A stretch of 64,000 bases of DNA from Microgenomates group bacterium (GCA_049720225.1 JBNASD010000001.1:164733-228732), one strand, 5' to 3'. Counted from the stretch's first letter, positions 46,790-58,000 are shown. Made by a program: numbers and translations. Notes: generated from the sequence alone by a model not told the origin.

Positions 46790-48198
46790 TTAGAATCTTT
46801 TTCTAAAACCGGACAGGTTTCTATTAAACTTAAAGTAACTTCATCAAAATTTACCGCTACATAATGAGTAGCACCCTTTTTTATCAAATTAGAAATTGAT
46901 TCAGAAACTATCGGCCATCCTTTCCGATTAATTTGGTATAAAAAGGCGGTATCCCCATTATAAGGCGCAATTACCCTTGCGTTAGGAGGAAGAATTTCAT
47001 TCGCTTTCTTTCCCACCTCAATTATTTCCGGATGATTTATCTGATAAAAACCACGAATCTCATACCACGAAAAACCTAAAGAAAAAATTAAAAACACAAT
47101 TGCTAATCCCCAAGACAAAATCCAATAAAAATTTTTTGAATAATTACTAATTAAAAAATAAAAACCTTTGGCTAAAAAAACAGCCACTACAGGAAGAATA
47201 ACAATTTGATAATAATCATGCTGAATATTTCCTCGAGCAAAGACAGAAAAATAAGTAAAAATTCCCATTAACCAACTATAAAAAAGAATTTCTTTTGTAA
47301 ATTTTTTAAATCTCCAAATTATTCCTAATCCCAAAAAAACCGTTCCCCAATATCCCAAAATCAATTTTCCCAATCTTTCGGCAAAAAGCCAACGCCACCA
47401 CGCCGGTTTAAATCTAATTCCTTCTAAATTAAAAAGCCACTGATTAGCAGGAATTCCCTCGGGAAATTTTTGCATCCAAATACGCCATAACCCAAAAGGA
47501 AGTAATGAAAGAGAGGCATAAATTATTAAAAAAGGAAAATATTTTTTTCCAAAAATCACCAACCAACTAGGAAGAAGAAGAAACAAAATATAAGGTTTTG
47601 TCAAAATTGCCAATATACTCATAAATAAACTTATCAAAAAGTAGAATATTTTCTTTTTATCCTCCGAATCTACTTCTTTCCACTTTAAAAGAAAATAAAT
47701 ACTCCCCAAACCAAACATTATCATTGTTGGTTCAGGTAGGATTACTCGTGAATAAAAAATATTGAAAGGAAGAAACATAAAAAATCCAAAGGCAATTAAA
47801 GCTATCCAATCATTTAAAATTTTTTTAGTAATTAAATAAAGAAAAATTCCTCCAATCAACGAAGAAAAAATTGTTACCAGTCTCCCGGCTCCTTCAAATG
47901 AAATTAAATCTTTTTTAAACCAACCAAAAAATTCAAATAAAATGGCATGAAAAGCATTATAAAGAGGAAACTCAACAAATCGCCAACCAAAAGGATTATC
48001 TTTTCCCGAAGCAACATTAGATAAATCATCAAAACGAGGATGAAGTAAATCAATCCCCTCTTTAACAAAATTTCTAGCTACCGCCGCGGTATCTGCTTGT
48101 CGCCATGAATGCCAATCTGCTAAAGGAGAATTAATTTTATATAATCTCACCAGTAAACCAAAAAGAAGCAAAAAATATAAAACAATTTTTTTAAGCAT
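46747..48198 (-). CDS. GT-C fold polytopic membrane glycosyltransferase, ArnT/PMT_2 (GT39/83)-like (module 1)
   Basis: N-terminal loop LLVRLYKINSPLADWHSWRQADTAAVARNFVKEG resembles the ArnT/PMT first-loop Asp motif; ~11 TM; 483 aa. Confidence 0.5.
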   Translation of the reverse strand: MLKKIVLYFLLLFGLLVRLYKINSPLADWHSWRQADTAAVARNFVKEGIDLLHPRFDDLSNVASGKDNPFGWRFVEFPLYNAFHAILFEFFGWFKKDLISFEGAGRLVTIFSSLIGGIFLYLITKKILNDWIALIAFGFFMFLPFNIFYSRVILPEPTMIMFGLGSIYFLLKWKEVDSEDKKKIFYFLISLFMSILAILTKPYILFLLLPSWLVIFGKKYFPFLIIYASLSLLPFGLWRIWMQKFPEGIPANQWLFNLEGIRFKPAWWRWLFAERLGKLILGYWGTVFLGLGIIWRFKKFTKEILFYSWLMGIFTYFSVFARGNIQHDYYQIVILPVVAVFLAKGFYFLISNYSKNFYWILSWGLAIVFLIFSLGFSWYEIRGFYQINHPEIIEVGKKANEILPPNARVIAPYNGDTAFLYQINRKGWPIVSESISNLIKKGATHYVAVNFDEVTLSLIETCPVLEKDSNWVIIDLINCPSLK

Positions 48199-48210
48199 AT
48201 TTAAAAAATT

Positions 48211-49290
48211 TTAACATTTTATTGCTTCTTCATAAACTTTTAAAGTTTCTTGAGCGGTTTTTTCCCAACTAAATCTTTTAACATTTTCTAAACCCTTTTT
48301 TATTAGTTCTTCTTTAAATTTTTTATTCTCAACTAATTTTTTTATTCCTCTTTTAATATCCCCAATCAAAAAAGGATTTACCAAAATCGCTCCCTCTCCT
48401 GCCACCTCAGGCATGCTGGAAATATTAGAAGTAATTACTGGACAACCACAGGCTTGTGCTTCTAAAATCGGCAAACCAAAACCTTCATAAGTTGAGGCAT
48501 AAATTAATCCTAAAGCTCCCTTATATAAAAACGGTAAATCTTGCTCCTCTACATATGGTTGACCAATCACAAAAAGATTAAAACCTTTTACTGCTTTTTT
48601 AATTCTTTCAAGATTTTTTCTTTTTGGTCCGGCAAAAGCTAAAAAATATTCTCCTTTAATTTTATATTTCTTCTTAATTTCCTCAATTTTGAATTTTGAA
48701 CTTTGAATTTTGAACTTTTTTAGATCTACCCCTTCATATATCACTCTTATTCTTTCATTCGGAATTCCTAAAATTTTAACAATATCTCTTTTGGTTGAGT
48801 GAGAAACAGCAATTATTAATTTACTTTCTTTTTTCACCCATTCTAATTTTCTTTGATGAACCGCTCTAATTTTTGGATGAACATCCTCGGGGTATATGAA
48901 AGGAGTTAAATCATGAATGGTGGTTACTTTAAAACATCTTGCTGGTGGTTCAAGCCAATCTGAAGTATGAAAAACATCTACCTTACCAATTAAACTTTCT
49001 ATTGGCAAAATATGAAGTTTATTCCATAAAAAGTCTAATATTGTCGGAGGAAATTTAAAATTTCTTATTTGAAAATTAGAAAATTGGAGTTTTAAAGTTG
49101 GAATTTTTTTTCTAAAAGAGGAAAAGAAAAAAATATATTCATTCTTTTTGTCTATCTTTAAAAGATTCTCTACCAAATTTTTAGTATAAACACTTACCCC
49201 CCCACCATAAACAATTTGCGAAATATCAATTCCGATTTTCATAAACCAAAAGAGGTATTTGATTAAAACTAACTTCTTTAATTTTAACAA
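48211..49290 (-). CDS. Glycosyltransferase family 4 (module 2)
   Basis: EGFGLPILEAQACGCPVITSNISSMPEVAG; paralog of the 45632 and 38842 GT4s. Carries heptamer tract 48686-48720. Confidence 0.8.
   Translation of the reverse strand: MLKLKKLVLIKYLFWFMKIGIDISQIVYGGGVSVYTKNLVENLLKIDKKNEYIFFFSSFRKKIPTLKLQFSNFQIRNFKFPPTILDFLWNKLHILPIESLIGKVDVFHTSDWLEPPARCFKVTTIHDLTPFIYPEDVHPKIRAVHQRKLEWVKKESKLIIAVSHSTKRDIVKILGIPNERIRVIYEGVDLKKFKIQSSKFKIEEIKKKYKIKGEYFLAFAGPKRKNLERIKKAVKGFNLFVIGQPYVEEQDLPFLYKGALGLIYASTYEGFGLPILEAQACGCPVITSNISSMPEVAGEGAILVNPFLIGDIKRGIKKLVENKKFKEELIKKGLENVKRFSWEKTAQETLKVYEEAIKC
48686..48720. repeat. Heptamer tandem repeat A(T/C)TTTGA x4-5 inside GT4 gene 48211..49290
   Basis: attttga attttga actttga attttga acttttt; encodes KFKIQSSKFKI at the position homologous to the KFKILNFKFKI tract of paralog 38842..39978. 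Confidence 0.6.
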
Positions 49291-50680
49291 ATCCTTCTTC
49301 TTCTAACCACCTGAGAATTTTTCTTTCCCTGTCGTAAACATCTGTTAAATAAGGAGTATAGGCTATTTTTTGTTTACTAATTTGACCAATCATCCCAATT
49401 AAACCAATTTTATCTTCTTCTTTTATTTCTCTTGCTTCCTCTACTACTCCTATTACCTGCTTTTCTACACCATAATACACTAAAGGCCAATTAAAAGCAG
49501 ATGAAGAAATTACTATTGGGATTTTTTCTTTTTTTAAGTATTCTGCCACTCCTCGCCAATCTTCTCGCCAAAAATAGGAATTAGTCCAATAAGTGAAAAC
49601 CGCTAACACATTAATTCCCAAAATCAATCCAATTATCCCCAATTTTAATTTTTTATTTTTAATCGCTAGAATTCCCTTACTTAAAATCAACAAAAAAGCG
49701 GGTAAAACCAAAATTAACCGAAAGGGTTGATAATTTGGTATTTTTAAAGAAAATAGCCACGCAACCAAAACTGGCAATAAAAACCAAATTAAAATTAATT
49801 TATATTTGTCACTTTTATAATTTTTATAAATTCCCCAACTTTCTATTCCCCCAACCAATCCTAACAATCCTAAAATTACTAAGGCATAAATTTTTTTATT
49901 AAAAATTGTGATTCTTCCCAAGGTAAACTTCACAAAAGTCAAAGGTAAAGCTTTCCAAAAATTTAAATTAACTACTGCCTTCCATTCTGGCAAATTTTGA
50001 GTTCCCGCTAATCCTTCCTTAACCTGCTGAACTATTACTGAAACCCAAGGAAGATAGAAAATAAAAATTCCTAAATAAATAGGTAAAAATTGGCTTAAAT
50101 AATTTTTTAAATTTTTCCGAAAAATAATTAATCCTCCCAAAAATTGACTCAAAATTAATAAAAATCCATAATAATCCGTATAGATTAAAAGAAGGGTGAA
50201 AATTAAATAAAAAATTTGAAATCTAAACTGAAGTTTTGCGTTTTGCGTTTTGCGCTTTGCGTTTTTTAAAATTTTTATCCACCAATACATTGAAAAAGTA
50301 GCCAAAAAACAAGCCATCGCATACATTCTTGCTTCTTGAGAGTAATAAATATGAAATTGAGATGTAGCTAAAAATAAAGCAGAAATTAAACCCCAATTTT
50401 TCCCACCAATTTTGTAAATTAAATAAATTGTTCCTATACCAAATAAAACCGAAGGTATTCGTATACTCATCTCCGACCAACCAAAAATCTTTCCCCAAAA
50501 ATGAAGCAATAAATAATATGCCGGAGGATGAAAATCACCTTTACTAAAATTACTAATTATTTCTCTTAACATTAAATCTCGAGCTACTAACGCGCTAATT
50601 GCTTCATCTAACCATAAGGATTGATTTAAATTTATTAATCGAAAAATTAAAGAAAAGCAAAGAATTAAAAAAATCCACAT
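49226..50680 (-). CDS. GT-C fold membrane glycosyltransferase, ArnT/PMT_2-like (module 2)
   Basis: First loop …NLNQSLWLDEAISALVARD (WxDE); polytopic; 484 aa. Carries TTTTGCG x4 tract 50234-50261. Confidence 0.6.
   Translation of the reverse strand: MWIFLILCFSLIFRLINLNQSLWLDEAISALVARDLMLREIISNFSKGDFHPPAYYLLLHFWGKIFGWSEMSIRIPSVLFGIGTIYLIYKIGGKNWGLISALFLATSQFHIYYSQEARMYAMACFLATFSMYWWIKILKNAKRKTQNAKLQFRFQIFYLIFTLLLIYTDYYGFLLILSQFLGGLIIFRKNLKNYLSQFLPIYLGIFIFYLPWVSVIVQQVKEGLAGTQNLPEWKAVVNLNFWKALPLTFVKFTLGRITIFNKKIYALVILGLLGLVGGIESWGIYKNYKSDKYKLILIWFLLPVLVAWLFSLKIPNYQPFRLILVLPAFLLILSKGILAIKNKKLKLGIIGLILGINVLAVFTYWTNSYFWREDWRGVAEYLKKEKIPIVISSSAFNWPLVYYGVEKQVIGVVEEAREIKEEDKIGLIGMIGQISKQKIAYTPYLTDVYDRERKILRWLEEEGFVKIKEVSFNQIPLLVYENRN
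50234..50261. repeat. Heptamer tandem repeat TTTTGCG x4 inside GT-C gene 49226..50680
   Basis: ttttgcg ttttgcg ttttgcg ctttgcg; encodes KRKTQNAK-type heptads. Confidence 0.65.
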
Positions 50681-50686
50681 AAATAA

Positions 50687-51889
50687 TTACTTTTTTAAAA
50701 TTTCTTGAAAAAGCTTATAATAAGTATTCATAATTAAAGGGAGTCTATATCTACTTTCGATTTCTAATCTTGCTTTTTCTCCTATTTTTTCTCTTAATTG
50801 AGAATTGTTAATTAAAAAAGATAAAGCGGAAAATAGCGATTTAACACTTCCCGTTTTAACTAACCAACCTGTTTTTTTATGTTTAATTACTTCATTAATT
50901 CCCCCCACATTACTTCCAATTACCGCCAATCCACAACTCATTGCCTCTAATAAAGAAAATGGTGTTCCTTCGGGAAAAATTGAGGGATAAACAAAAACAT
51001 CAGAGGCTTTTAACCAATCTACTATTTCTTCCCTTCTTTTTTCTCCTAGAAAAAAAATATTTTTTTCTGATTTTTTACTCTTTTCCTTTAATATTTCTTC
51101 TACTGAATCAGGTTGATTTTTTCCCGAACCTATTAATAACAACAAAGCGTTTCTATTTTTCCTTCCCAATTTATTCCATACTTCAATAAGATTAATTAAC
51201 CCTTTCCTTTTTACTAATCTCCCACAATAAGTAACAATTATTTTTTTAAGCGGTAATCCTAATTTTTTTCTCAATTTTAATTTTTTTTCTTTTTTAAGAG
51301 GGAAAAATAGTTTATCTTCTATTCCATCAGGAATAATTTTTATTTTTTTAGAAGAAACGCCAAAAATTAGAAGTTCTTTTTTAATTTGTTTTGTTTGGGC
51401 GATGAAAAAATCCGCTTTCCTAACTATTTTTAATCTTAATTTAATTAAAGGATGAACAAATTTTTTTGGCGATAATGAATAAGGTCCGCTAAAAAAAAGT
51501 TCGCCGGGAGTGGCTACCCGACTAATCACTTTTTTTCCTAACAATTTTCCTACCAAAATAGCGGTTGATCCAAATATATTAGCTAATCCTCCATTTACAT
51601 AAACTAAATCAAAGTCATTTCTTTTTTTAAACATAAAAATAAAAAGACTTAATCCGCTAAAATAATCTTTTAATCTACCTTCTCCTGGTAATCCCAACCG
51701 AAAAACTTTAAAACCCTCTTTAAAATTTTCTTCTTTTAAAAAGCTTTTCTCCCATCTTTTGGTGGCTATATTGACTTTTATTTTTTTTCTAGATAAATAT
51801 TCAGCCAATTGCCAACACTGAGTTTCTGACCCTCCTTTTAAAGGAAAAAATCTTTCGATTACCATTAAAACGGAAAAATTTTGTTTCAT
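50687..51889 (-). CDS. Glycosyltransferase family 4 (module 3)
   Basis: MVIERFFPLKGGSETQCWQLAEYL; EGTPFSLLEAMSCGLAVIGSNVGGINEVI. Confidence 0.8.
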   Translation of the reverse strand: MKQNFSVLMVIERFFPLKGGSETQCWQLAEYLSRKKIKVNIATKRWEKSFLKEENFKEGFKVFRLGLPGEGRLKDYFSGLSLFIFMFKKRNDFDLVYVNGGLANIFGSTAILVGKLLGKKVISRVATPGELFFSGPYSLSPKKFVHPLIKLRLKIVRKADFFIAQTKQIKKELLIFGVSSKKIKIIPDGIEDKLFFPLKKEKKLKLRKKLGLPLKKIIVTYCGRLVKRKGLINLIEVWNKLGRKNRNALLLLIGSGKNQPDSVEEILKEKSKKSEKNIFFLGEKRREEIVDWLKASDVFVYPSIFPEGTPFSLLEAMSCGLAVIGSNVGGINEVIKHKKTGWLVKTGSVKSLFSALSFLINNSQLREKIGEKARLEIESRYRLPLIMNTYYKLFQEILKK

Positions 51890-53418
51890 TTAAATCCCCA
51901 TGAATAAAGCTCGATTGGCCATTTATTCCAATCTAAAGAAAACCAAGCAACTTCTTCTTTTTTTTCAAAATCTAAGTTTTTTCTTACATAGTCCACTAAA
52001 CCGGCTGGATAAAAACGAAAATTATGTTCTATAATTACTACAAAACCCTGAGGATATCTTCTTAATAATTCCTTGAATTCATCTAAATTATGGATAAAAA
52101 TACCGCCGCTATTTTCATTTATTTTCTTTTCTAAAGAAACATCGTTTCTAGGAATAAACAAATTTTTTCCTTCTCCCAAATACCAAGCAGGTATGTCATG
52201 GCTAATATCTACCAACGCTACTTCATTTATTTTCTCTCCGCTTTTTTCTTTTATTAATTTATAAATTCCTTTGTAATCTATTTCAGGAATTTCTCGCATA
52301 TCAAAATTAAGAGTGTAAAAAGATTTAGGCTTTAAAGAAAATTTGTTACCGTTAATCACTATAAATAAAATTAAAAAAATAAAAAGAACTTCTGCGGTTT
52401 TTTGTTTTTTACCTATGATTCTACTTATTTCCCATAAAGTAAATGAGGTAAGAATAAAAAAAATAGGAAACAAATTTAAAGCGTATTTTTCAAATGATAC
52501 TCCTATTAAAAAGGAAATACTAAATAAATATATAATTATAAACACCAACAAAAAATGAAATAGTTTTTTTTCATTTTTAAACCACAAAATTATTAAACCT
52601 AATAAACTTAAAAAACTAATAAGACTATATTGACGCCAAAATAAAGAATGATAATAAAAAAGAAAATTTTTATTTATATTCAAATTTAAAATTTTATCCC
52701 GAAAAACAACTTTAAAAACAGGAAAAAAATTTGTTCCAAAAAATAATAACAATATAACCCCTAATAACAGTAAAATAAAAAATTTATTTTTAATCAAAAA
52801 AGATAAAATATCTTTTCGAAAAAGAATATATATAAATCCAAAAAGAAAAATAATTAATCCTAATGTATGAACCCAAACAGAAATAAAAGCAAAAATTAAA
52901 AATAAGAATAAATTGAGTTTTCTTTTTTCTTTAACAAAAAGATAAAAATTCAATAACGCAAGAAGATAAAAAACTTCCAAAATTACATATCCCCTCGCTT
53001 GTCTTGACCAGGCAATTTGAATATAAGAAAATGTAGTTAAAGTTGCCCCTCCTAAACCAACTAATTTATTAAAAACTTTTTCTCCAAAAATATAAGTTAT
53101 TAAAATTAAAATACTTCCAAAAATTATTTCAGGAAGTCTTCCTGAAAATTCATTTACACCGAAAATTAAAAAACTTAAAGCAGTAAGATAGTGGGTAATA
53201 AAATAAGAATTTTCTTTATAGCCGGTATAAGGAATTTGGGGAAAACCAGTTTCTAAAATACCTCGAGCAAATCGAGCGGTTGATGCTTCATCAGTCCAAA
53301 AAGAATAATTTTTAGATAATCCATTTATTCTTAATAAAAAGCCAATTATTAATAAACAAAAAATTAAGATTTCGATTATATTTTTTCTTAAAAAATTTCT
53401 CATTTTTTCAAATATCAT
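51886..53418 (-). CDS. GT-C fold membrane glycosyltransferase, ArnT/PMT_2-like (module 3)
   Basis: First loop …YSFWTDEASTARFARGILETG (WxDE); polytopic; 510 aa. Confidence 0.6.
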   Translation of the reverse strand: MIFEKMRNFLRKNIIEILIFCLLIIGFLLRINGLSKNYSFWTDEASTARFARGILETGFPQIPYTGYKENSYFITHYLTALSFLIFGVNEFSGRLPEIIFGSILILITYIFGEKVFNKLVGLGGATLTTFSYIQIAWSRQARGYVILEVFYLLALLNFYLFVKEKRKLNLFLFLIFAFISVWVHTLGLIIFLFGFIYILFRKDILSFLIKNKFFILLLLGVILLLFFGTNFFPVFKVVFRDKILNLNINKNFLFYYHSLFWRQYSLISFLSLLGLIILWFKNEKKLFHFLLVFIIIYLFSISFLIGVSFEKYALNLFPIFFILTSFTLWEISRIIGKKQKTAEVLFIFLILFIVINGNKFSLKPKSFYTLNFDMREIPEIDYKGIYKLIKEKSGEKINEVALVDISHDIPAWYLGEGKNLFIPRNDVSLEKKINENSGGIFIHNLDEFKELLRRYPQGFVVIIEHNFRFYPAGLVDYVRKNLDFEKKEEVAWFSLDWNKWPIELYSWGFK

Positions 53419-54659
53419 GATTTAGCTTTTAAAATTTTAAATACAAACCAATTATTAACCAGCAAACCATAAAATTCACTTATCCCTAAAGATAAAACCG
53501 CCCCCATTAACCCTAACCGAGGGATAAAATAAAGACAAAGTAAAAAATGCAAAATTAATTTTCCACCTAACCACCAAACAAATTTTTTAATTTCCGCGGT
53601 GTTTTGAATAATATTCCCTGGCAAACTATTTAAGAAAAAAAGTCCGGCTACTATTCCTAAAAATTTCATTACTTTTTCCCCTTCTAAATATGAAGAACCG
53701 TAAGAAAATTTAATAATTAATGAAGAAAAAAACCAAAAAATTAAACCATAAATTAAAGAAAAAACAAAAATTAATGATAAAGATTTAAGATAGTTTTCTT
53801 TCAATTTAATTTTATGGTGAACTTTATTTGCTTTTAAAAGCCGAGCAGTTTGAGGAAATAATGCTAAGGCAAAACTTTGAGGAAGAAGCAAACTAGCTTC
53901 TAAAAACTTAAAACTTGAAGAATAAATCCCTGTCCAGTATGCTCCTTTAAACCAATTAATCATTACTACTCCCATTCTTAGATAAAAAACAGCAATAATC
54001 GTTATTGAAGCAAAAACTACTGATTCCTTAATAATTTTTCTCCAAAAGACAAAATCTTTATCAATTTTAAATTTCAAGCCAATTTTCTTTGCTAAGTTAT
54101 ACATAATTAAAGAAACAATTAAGTTTCCTAAAAAAGCCGAAAACAAAACCAAAGTAACATTTCCTTTAAACCCAGCAGTCACTCCTCCTAAAAAAGCCAC
54201 CAAACTACTCATTAAAACAATCGCAAGTGCTTGAATTTCCATTCTTTCAAAAGCATTGGCAATTCCTGCTACCAATTGATTAAAAGTCCACGGCAATAAA
54301 CATAAGGAAAAAATAAAGACATTTAACCTATCAAAATTATTTTTAGAAAGAAAAAACCCTAATAAACTTACCAAAATAATAGAAATAATCGCCAAAACAA
54401 CTCTTAGGGGAATAATTTTTTGAAAATATTCCTGGGCTTTAGAAGTATCTTTTGATAAATCGCGTAAAATCAATCTTTCTACCCCAAAGTCTGCTACTGG
54501 ATAAAAATTATAAACCAAAGCAATCGCAAAATTATAATGACCAAAATTTTCTACTCCAAGAACCCTTCCTAAAAAAATAAAATAAAAAAACCCAATTACT
54601 CTTGCTAAAAAATTGGCGGAACCTAAAAAGAAGGTATTTTTAATTATTTTTCTTTCCAT
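53415..54659 (-). CDS. Oligosaccharide/polysaccharide flippase (Wzx/PST family)
   Basis: 414 aa, ~12 TM; N-terminal IIKNTFFLGSANFLARVIGFFYFIFLGRVLG typical of PST flippases. Confidence 0.6.
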   Translation of the reverse strand: MERKIIKNTFFLGSANFLARVIGFFYFIFLGRVLGVENFGHYNFAIALVYNFYPVADFGVERLILRDLSKDTSKAQEYFQKIIPLRVVLAIISIILVSLLGFFLSKNNFDRLNVFIFSLCLLPWTFNQLVAGIANAFERMEIQALAIVLMSSLVAFLGGVTAGFKGNVTLVLFSAFLGNLIVSLIMYNLAKKIGLKFKIDKDFVFWRKIIKESVVFASITIIAVFYLRMGVVMINWFKGAYWTGIYSSSFKFLEASLLLPQSFALALFPQTARLLKANKVHHKIKLKENYLKSLSLIFVFSLIYGLIFWFFSSLIIKFSYGSSYLEGEKVMKFLGIVAGLFFLNSLPGNIIQNTAEIKKFVWWLGGKLILHFLLCLYFIPRLGLMGAVLSLGISEFYGLLVNNWFVFKILKAKS

Positions 54660-54664
54660 CCTTT

Positions 54665-55000
54665 TTATTTTACTTTTTCTTCTCTTAAAACTTCAAACAT
54701 CATTTGAATTACTCCTATTACCAAAAACACATATACCCAAATCGCTGATTTTTCCGCTAAAAAATCTTTTTTTAAAATCAATAAAATTGGACATAAAATC
54801 AATAATCCCAAAGCTACTTTTACCGAATCTCTTCCCTCAAATTTATAAAGTTTTATTGTTAAAATCCATAACCCCGCTAAAAATAAAATAACCAAATCAG
54901 AAATAAATTTAACCAAAAAAATATCAAATAAAATACCAAAAATAGTAAAAATTAAAATAACCAACTGATACTTTTTAATAAATTTTTTAATTTTTTTCAT
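54665..55000 (-). CDS. Small polytopic membrane protein (111 aa, 3-4 TM); possibly GtrA-like
   Basis: Hydrophobic helices only; size and context next to flippase and GT-C genes; no sequence signature. Confidence 0.3.
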   Translation of the reverse strand: MKKIKKFIKKYQLVILIFTIFGILFDIFLVKFISDLVILFLAGLWILTIKLYKFEGRDSVKVALGLLILCPILLILKKDFLAEKSAIWVYVFLVIGVIQMMFEVLREEKVK

Positions 55001-58000
55001 TTTTATTTTTTAAATTCGAAATAAAATCATATCCTAAATAACTCAGGCATCCAGCGAAAGTTAGTAAAGATATTCCCAAACCTATGTAAAAAAATCGTTG
55101 AGGCCAAAATTCAACAATTAGCTCATAATTTTCTGCTCCTCCTACATCCTCGGGAGTTATATACCACGAATTAGCGTAACCATTTACCAAATAATGTCTC
55201 TCTTCGGCAATCGATTTTTTTCCCCAAGTTTCAAAAGCGGCTGGTTCCAAAAAAGTCATTCGATGGGTTCCCTCTTTAATTTCTCCATCAAAATAACTCG
55301 CCACTTCTTCTCCATATCCCCGATTATCTAAAAACAAATCAGTAACTTTCTCTCCTATTTTTCCAATCATCCCTACAACCACATCTCTTAAGTCTTTAAA
55401 TTTTAAGTTTTGCGCTTTGCCTTTTGCGCTTTGCGCCTCTTTAAGATATATTTTCCATCCTTCATGAAAACTTTCAGAAAAAACTAAGGTATAAGGAGTT
55501 TTGGCTTCTTCTATCTTTATTTTGTACTTTGTCGGATTAACTTTTATAAAAGTAATCTTGGGAATTTGGAATTCGGAGTTTGGAATTTGAAGTCTTTTTC
55601 TTAATATTACTTTTGGTTCCCTTACTTTTTTAATCTGTAAATTTCTAAATTCTACCCTAGCAATTTTGCCTGTTTCTGGTTCGGAATAAAAATAAATTTC
55701 TGCTCCTACCGCTTCGTTATCCGCCTGAAAAACTCTCTCAAATTTTTGCCAATCATTTTCTTCTGAAAATTCCCCGCTGGTTAATTTCTTTTCAAAAATT
55801 TTTTCTTTTCTAATTCTTTCTTTTTCTTCTTCGTATATTCTTTTCTCTTCTACTATTCCTAATCCTAATCTTCCCCCTTCAGTTTTATATTCAAAACTTA
55901 AATAATAGAATTCTCCTGATTGCCAATCATTAATTGGCTGAAAAACTAAATCTTTTGCCTCTGGAAAAAATCCTTGTTTCTCAAAAAATACTCCTTCTTC
56001 TTTTGTTTCTACATCTTTCAATTTTTGCCAATCTTTTCCTACTAAATTAATTCCTTCTAGTAAATATAGTTTTAATTTATGCTCTCCTTCTTCTAACTTT
56101 ATTTTTCCCAATTCTATCCACTCTTCATTTATTTGGAAATTTTCTATTTCTATTTTTTCTCCATCTATTTCTATTTCTCCAATACCAAAATTTTCTAAAC
56201 CCTTATTTTCTTCTTTATTTGGAACTTGGATTTTGGAGTTTGGAATTTCTAAATATAGCGTATATTCTCCTTCCTTTGGTATTTCTAAGACATAATCTAA
56301 TTCATTTAAATCAAATTTTCCTTCAAATTTAGCTATTTTTTTATCTATTTCCTCAAAAGTTTCTTTCCAATTTTTAAACGTTTCAATTTTTAAATCTTTT
56401 AGTTTTTTTATCTCCTCCTGATGTCTTTCAAAATAAGCCCTCAATTTTATTATTTGCTCTTTCTTAATTTCTTGGCTTTCTAATTTTTCAACTTCTTCTC
56501 TTGTCTCCTCAAATTTTTTCTTCCATTCCTCAATTATTAACAAATTATCTATGTCATCTGTAAATTTAACCAACTCTGAGATTCTTTTTCCAGCAAAAAA
56601 TAATTTTTTATCAATTAATTTTTCAGAATTTTTTCTTACTTTCCATTCTTCATAATTTTCTTTTATTTTTGCTAGTTTCCATCCCAAACTATTTGGTTTG
56701 TGTCTTACATAAGGAAAAGACACCTTACTTTTAAAATTCTCCAATTTCTCCCAATAATCTTTATCTATTCCATTTTTCAATTCTCCTACTATTAAAATCT
56801 CATTTGCTTTTTCTAAAATTTCTCCATTCTCTAGTTTTGAGTTTTGAGTTTTGAGTTTTGAGTTTTCTAAGTATATTCCCAACCTTAATTCATCATCACT
56901 TAATTCAATAATTTCTTTTAGATTATCTGTTTTTCCATTAGAGTAGATAATGCGTTTAGAAATGTAAAAGTGTGGTAGAAAGTTTTTATCTTCAGTTTTA
57001 TAAATAGCTACTCTATCAAAATTCCTCTCTAAAATAAAAAATTTATCAATAAATGGTTTTATAAAGTAAGCAGGTCTAATATTTAAGTAAACTTTATTAG
57101 TTGACTCTTCTCTTAAAAATATATATTTAGTATTTAAAAATCCAGAAAATCTTTTCAAAAATAAAGCGAAGCTCTCTGGATTATCTAAATAAAAATAATA
57201 TAAACTGCTATTTATTTCTCTATAATTATCAAAATTAAATTTATCTAAATAATATATTGGCAAAGAAATTAATCTAGCCAAAGGATCAGCTCCTCCGTAA
57301 AGTCCACTTTCTAAATTAAGTATAATTATCCCCGGAACCTCAACAGCATTATCCGGAAGACTTAAAATTTTAAAGTTAATTTTTTGTTTTTCTAAAAAAC
57401 TTCTTATTTCTTCATAATAATTAGGAATTTTAAATCTAAATCCAGGTAAATTTTTAGTCTCTTCTCTCCATACATCACCCGTCCAGAAAGGCCATCCATA
57501 TAGATTAACTAAAAAAAAAGAGAAAAAAATAAAAATATGTTTAATATACCTTCTTTTTATCAAAAAAAGAATTAATGTTAAACTGTAACTAATCAAAATA
57601 CTATTACTTATACATATAAGAGGACCAAATTTTTCATATGCCATTCTAAACCCTTTAAAGATTAAAAATTTATTCAATAACCATTGATTTACTTGGTCAA
57701 ATGGCTCATGAATTCCCTTGCTTAGAAATATTCCTATTAAGAATACTACCCAAAAAAATAGTGTAAAATACTTAGTTTCTCTATTTTGTTTTTTTAAAAA
57801 AATTAAATTTAGAAATATTAAAAATAAAATTATAAAACTAACAAGGATAAACAACCATTTGTTATAAATAGGAGAATAAGGATAGTAAAAATCCTCTCGA
57901 TATTTTCCCCAAAACCCCCAATCTCCAAGATTACGAAATAAATTTAAAATACTTGAAAAACTACTTGATGTTACTTCTTGTTTAAATAGAACAGTTGACT

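Noticed and set aside
50223-51189. Short ORFs 50223..50498(-), 50805..50990(+), 50941..51189(+)
   Set aside because: Alternative-frame or antisense ORFs within the GT-C and GT4 genes; one is generated by the TTTTGCG repeat tract itself.
38240-56867. The heptamer repeat tracts as CRISPR arrays
   Set aside because: Units are 7 nt, contiguous with no spacers, and lie inside coding sequence; no cas genes. They are simple tandem repeats, not CRISPR.
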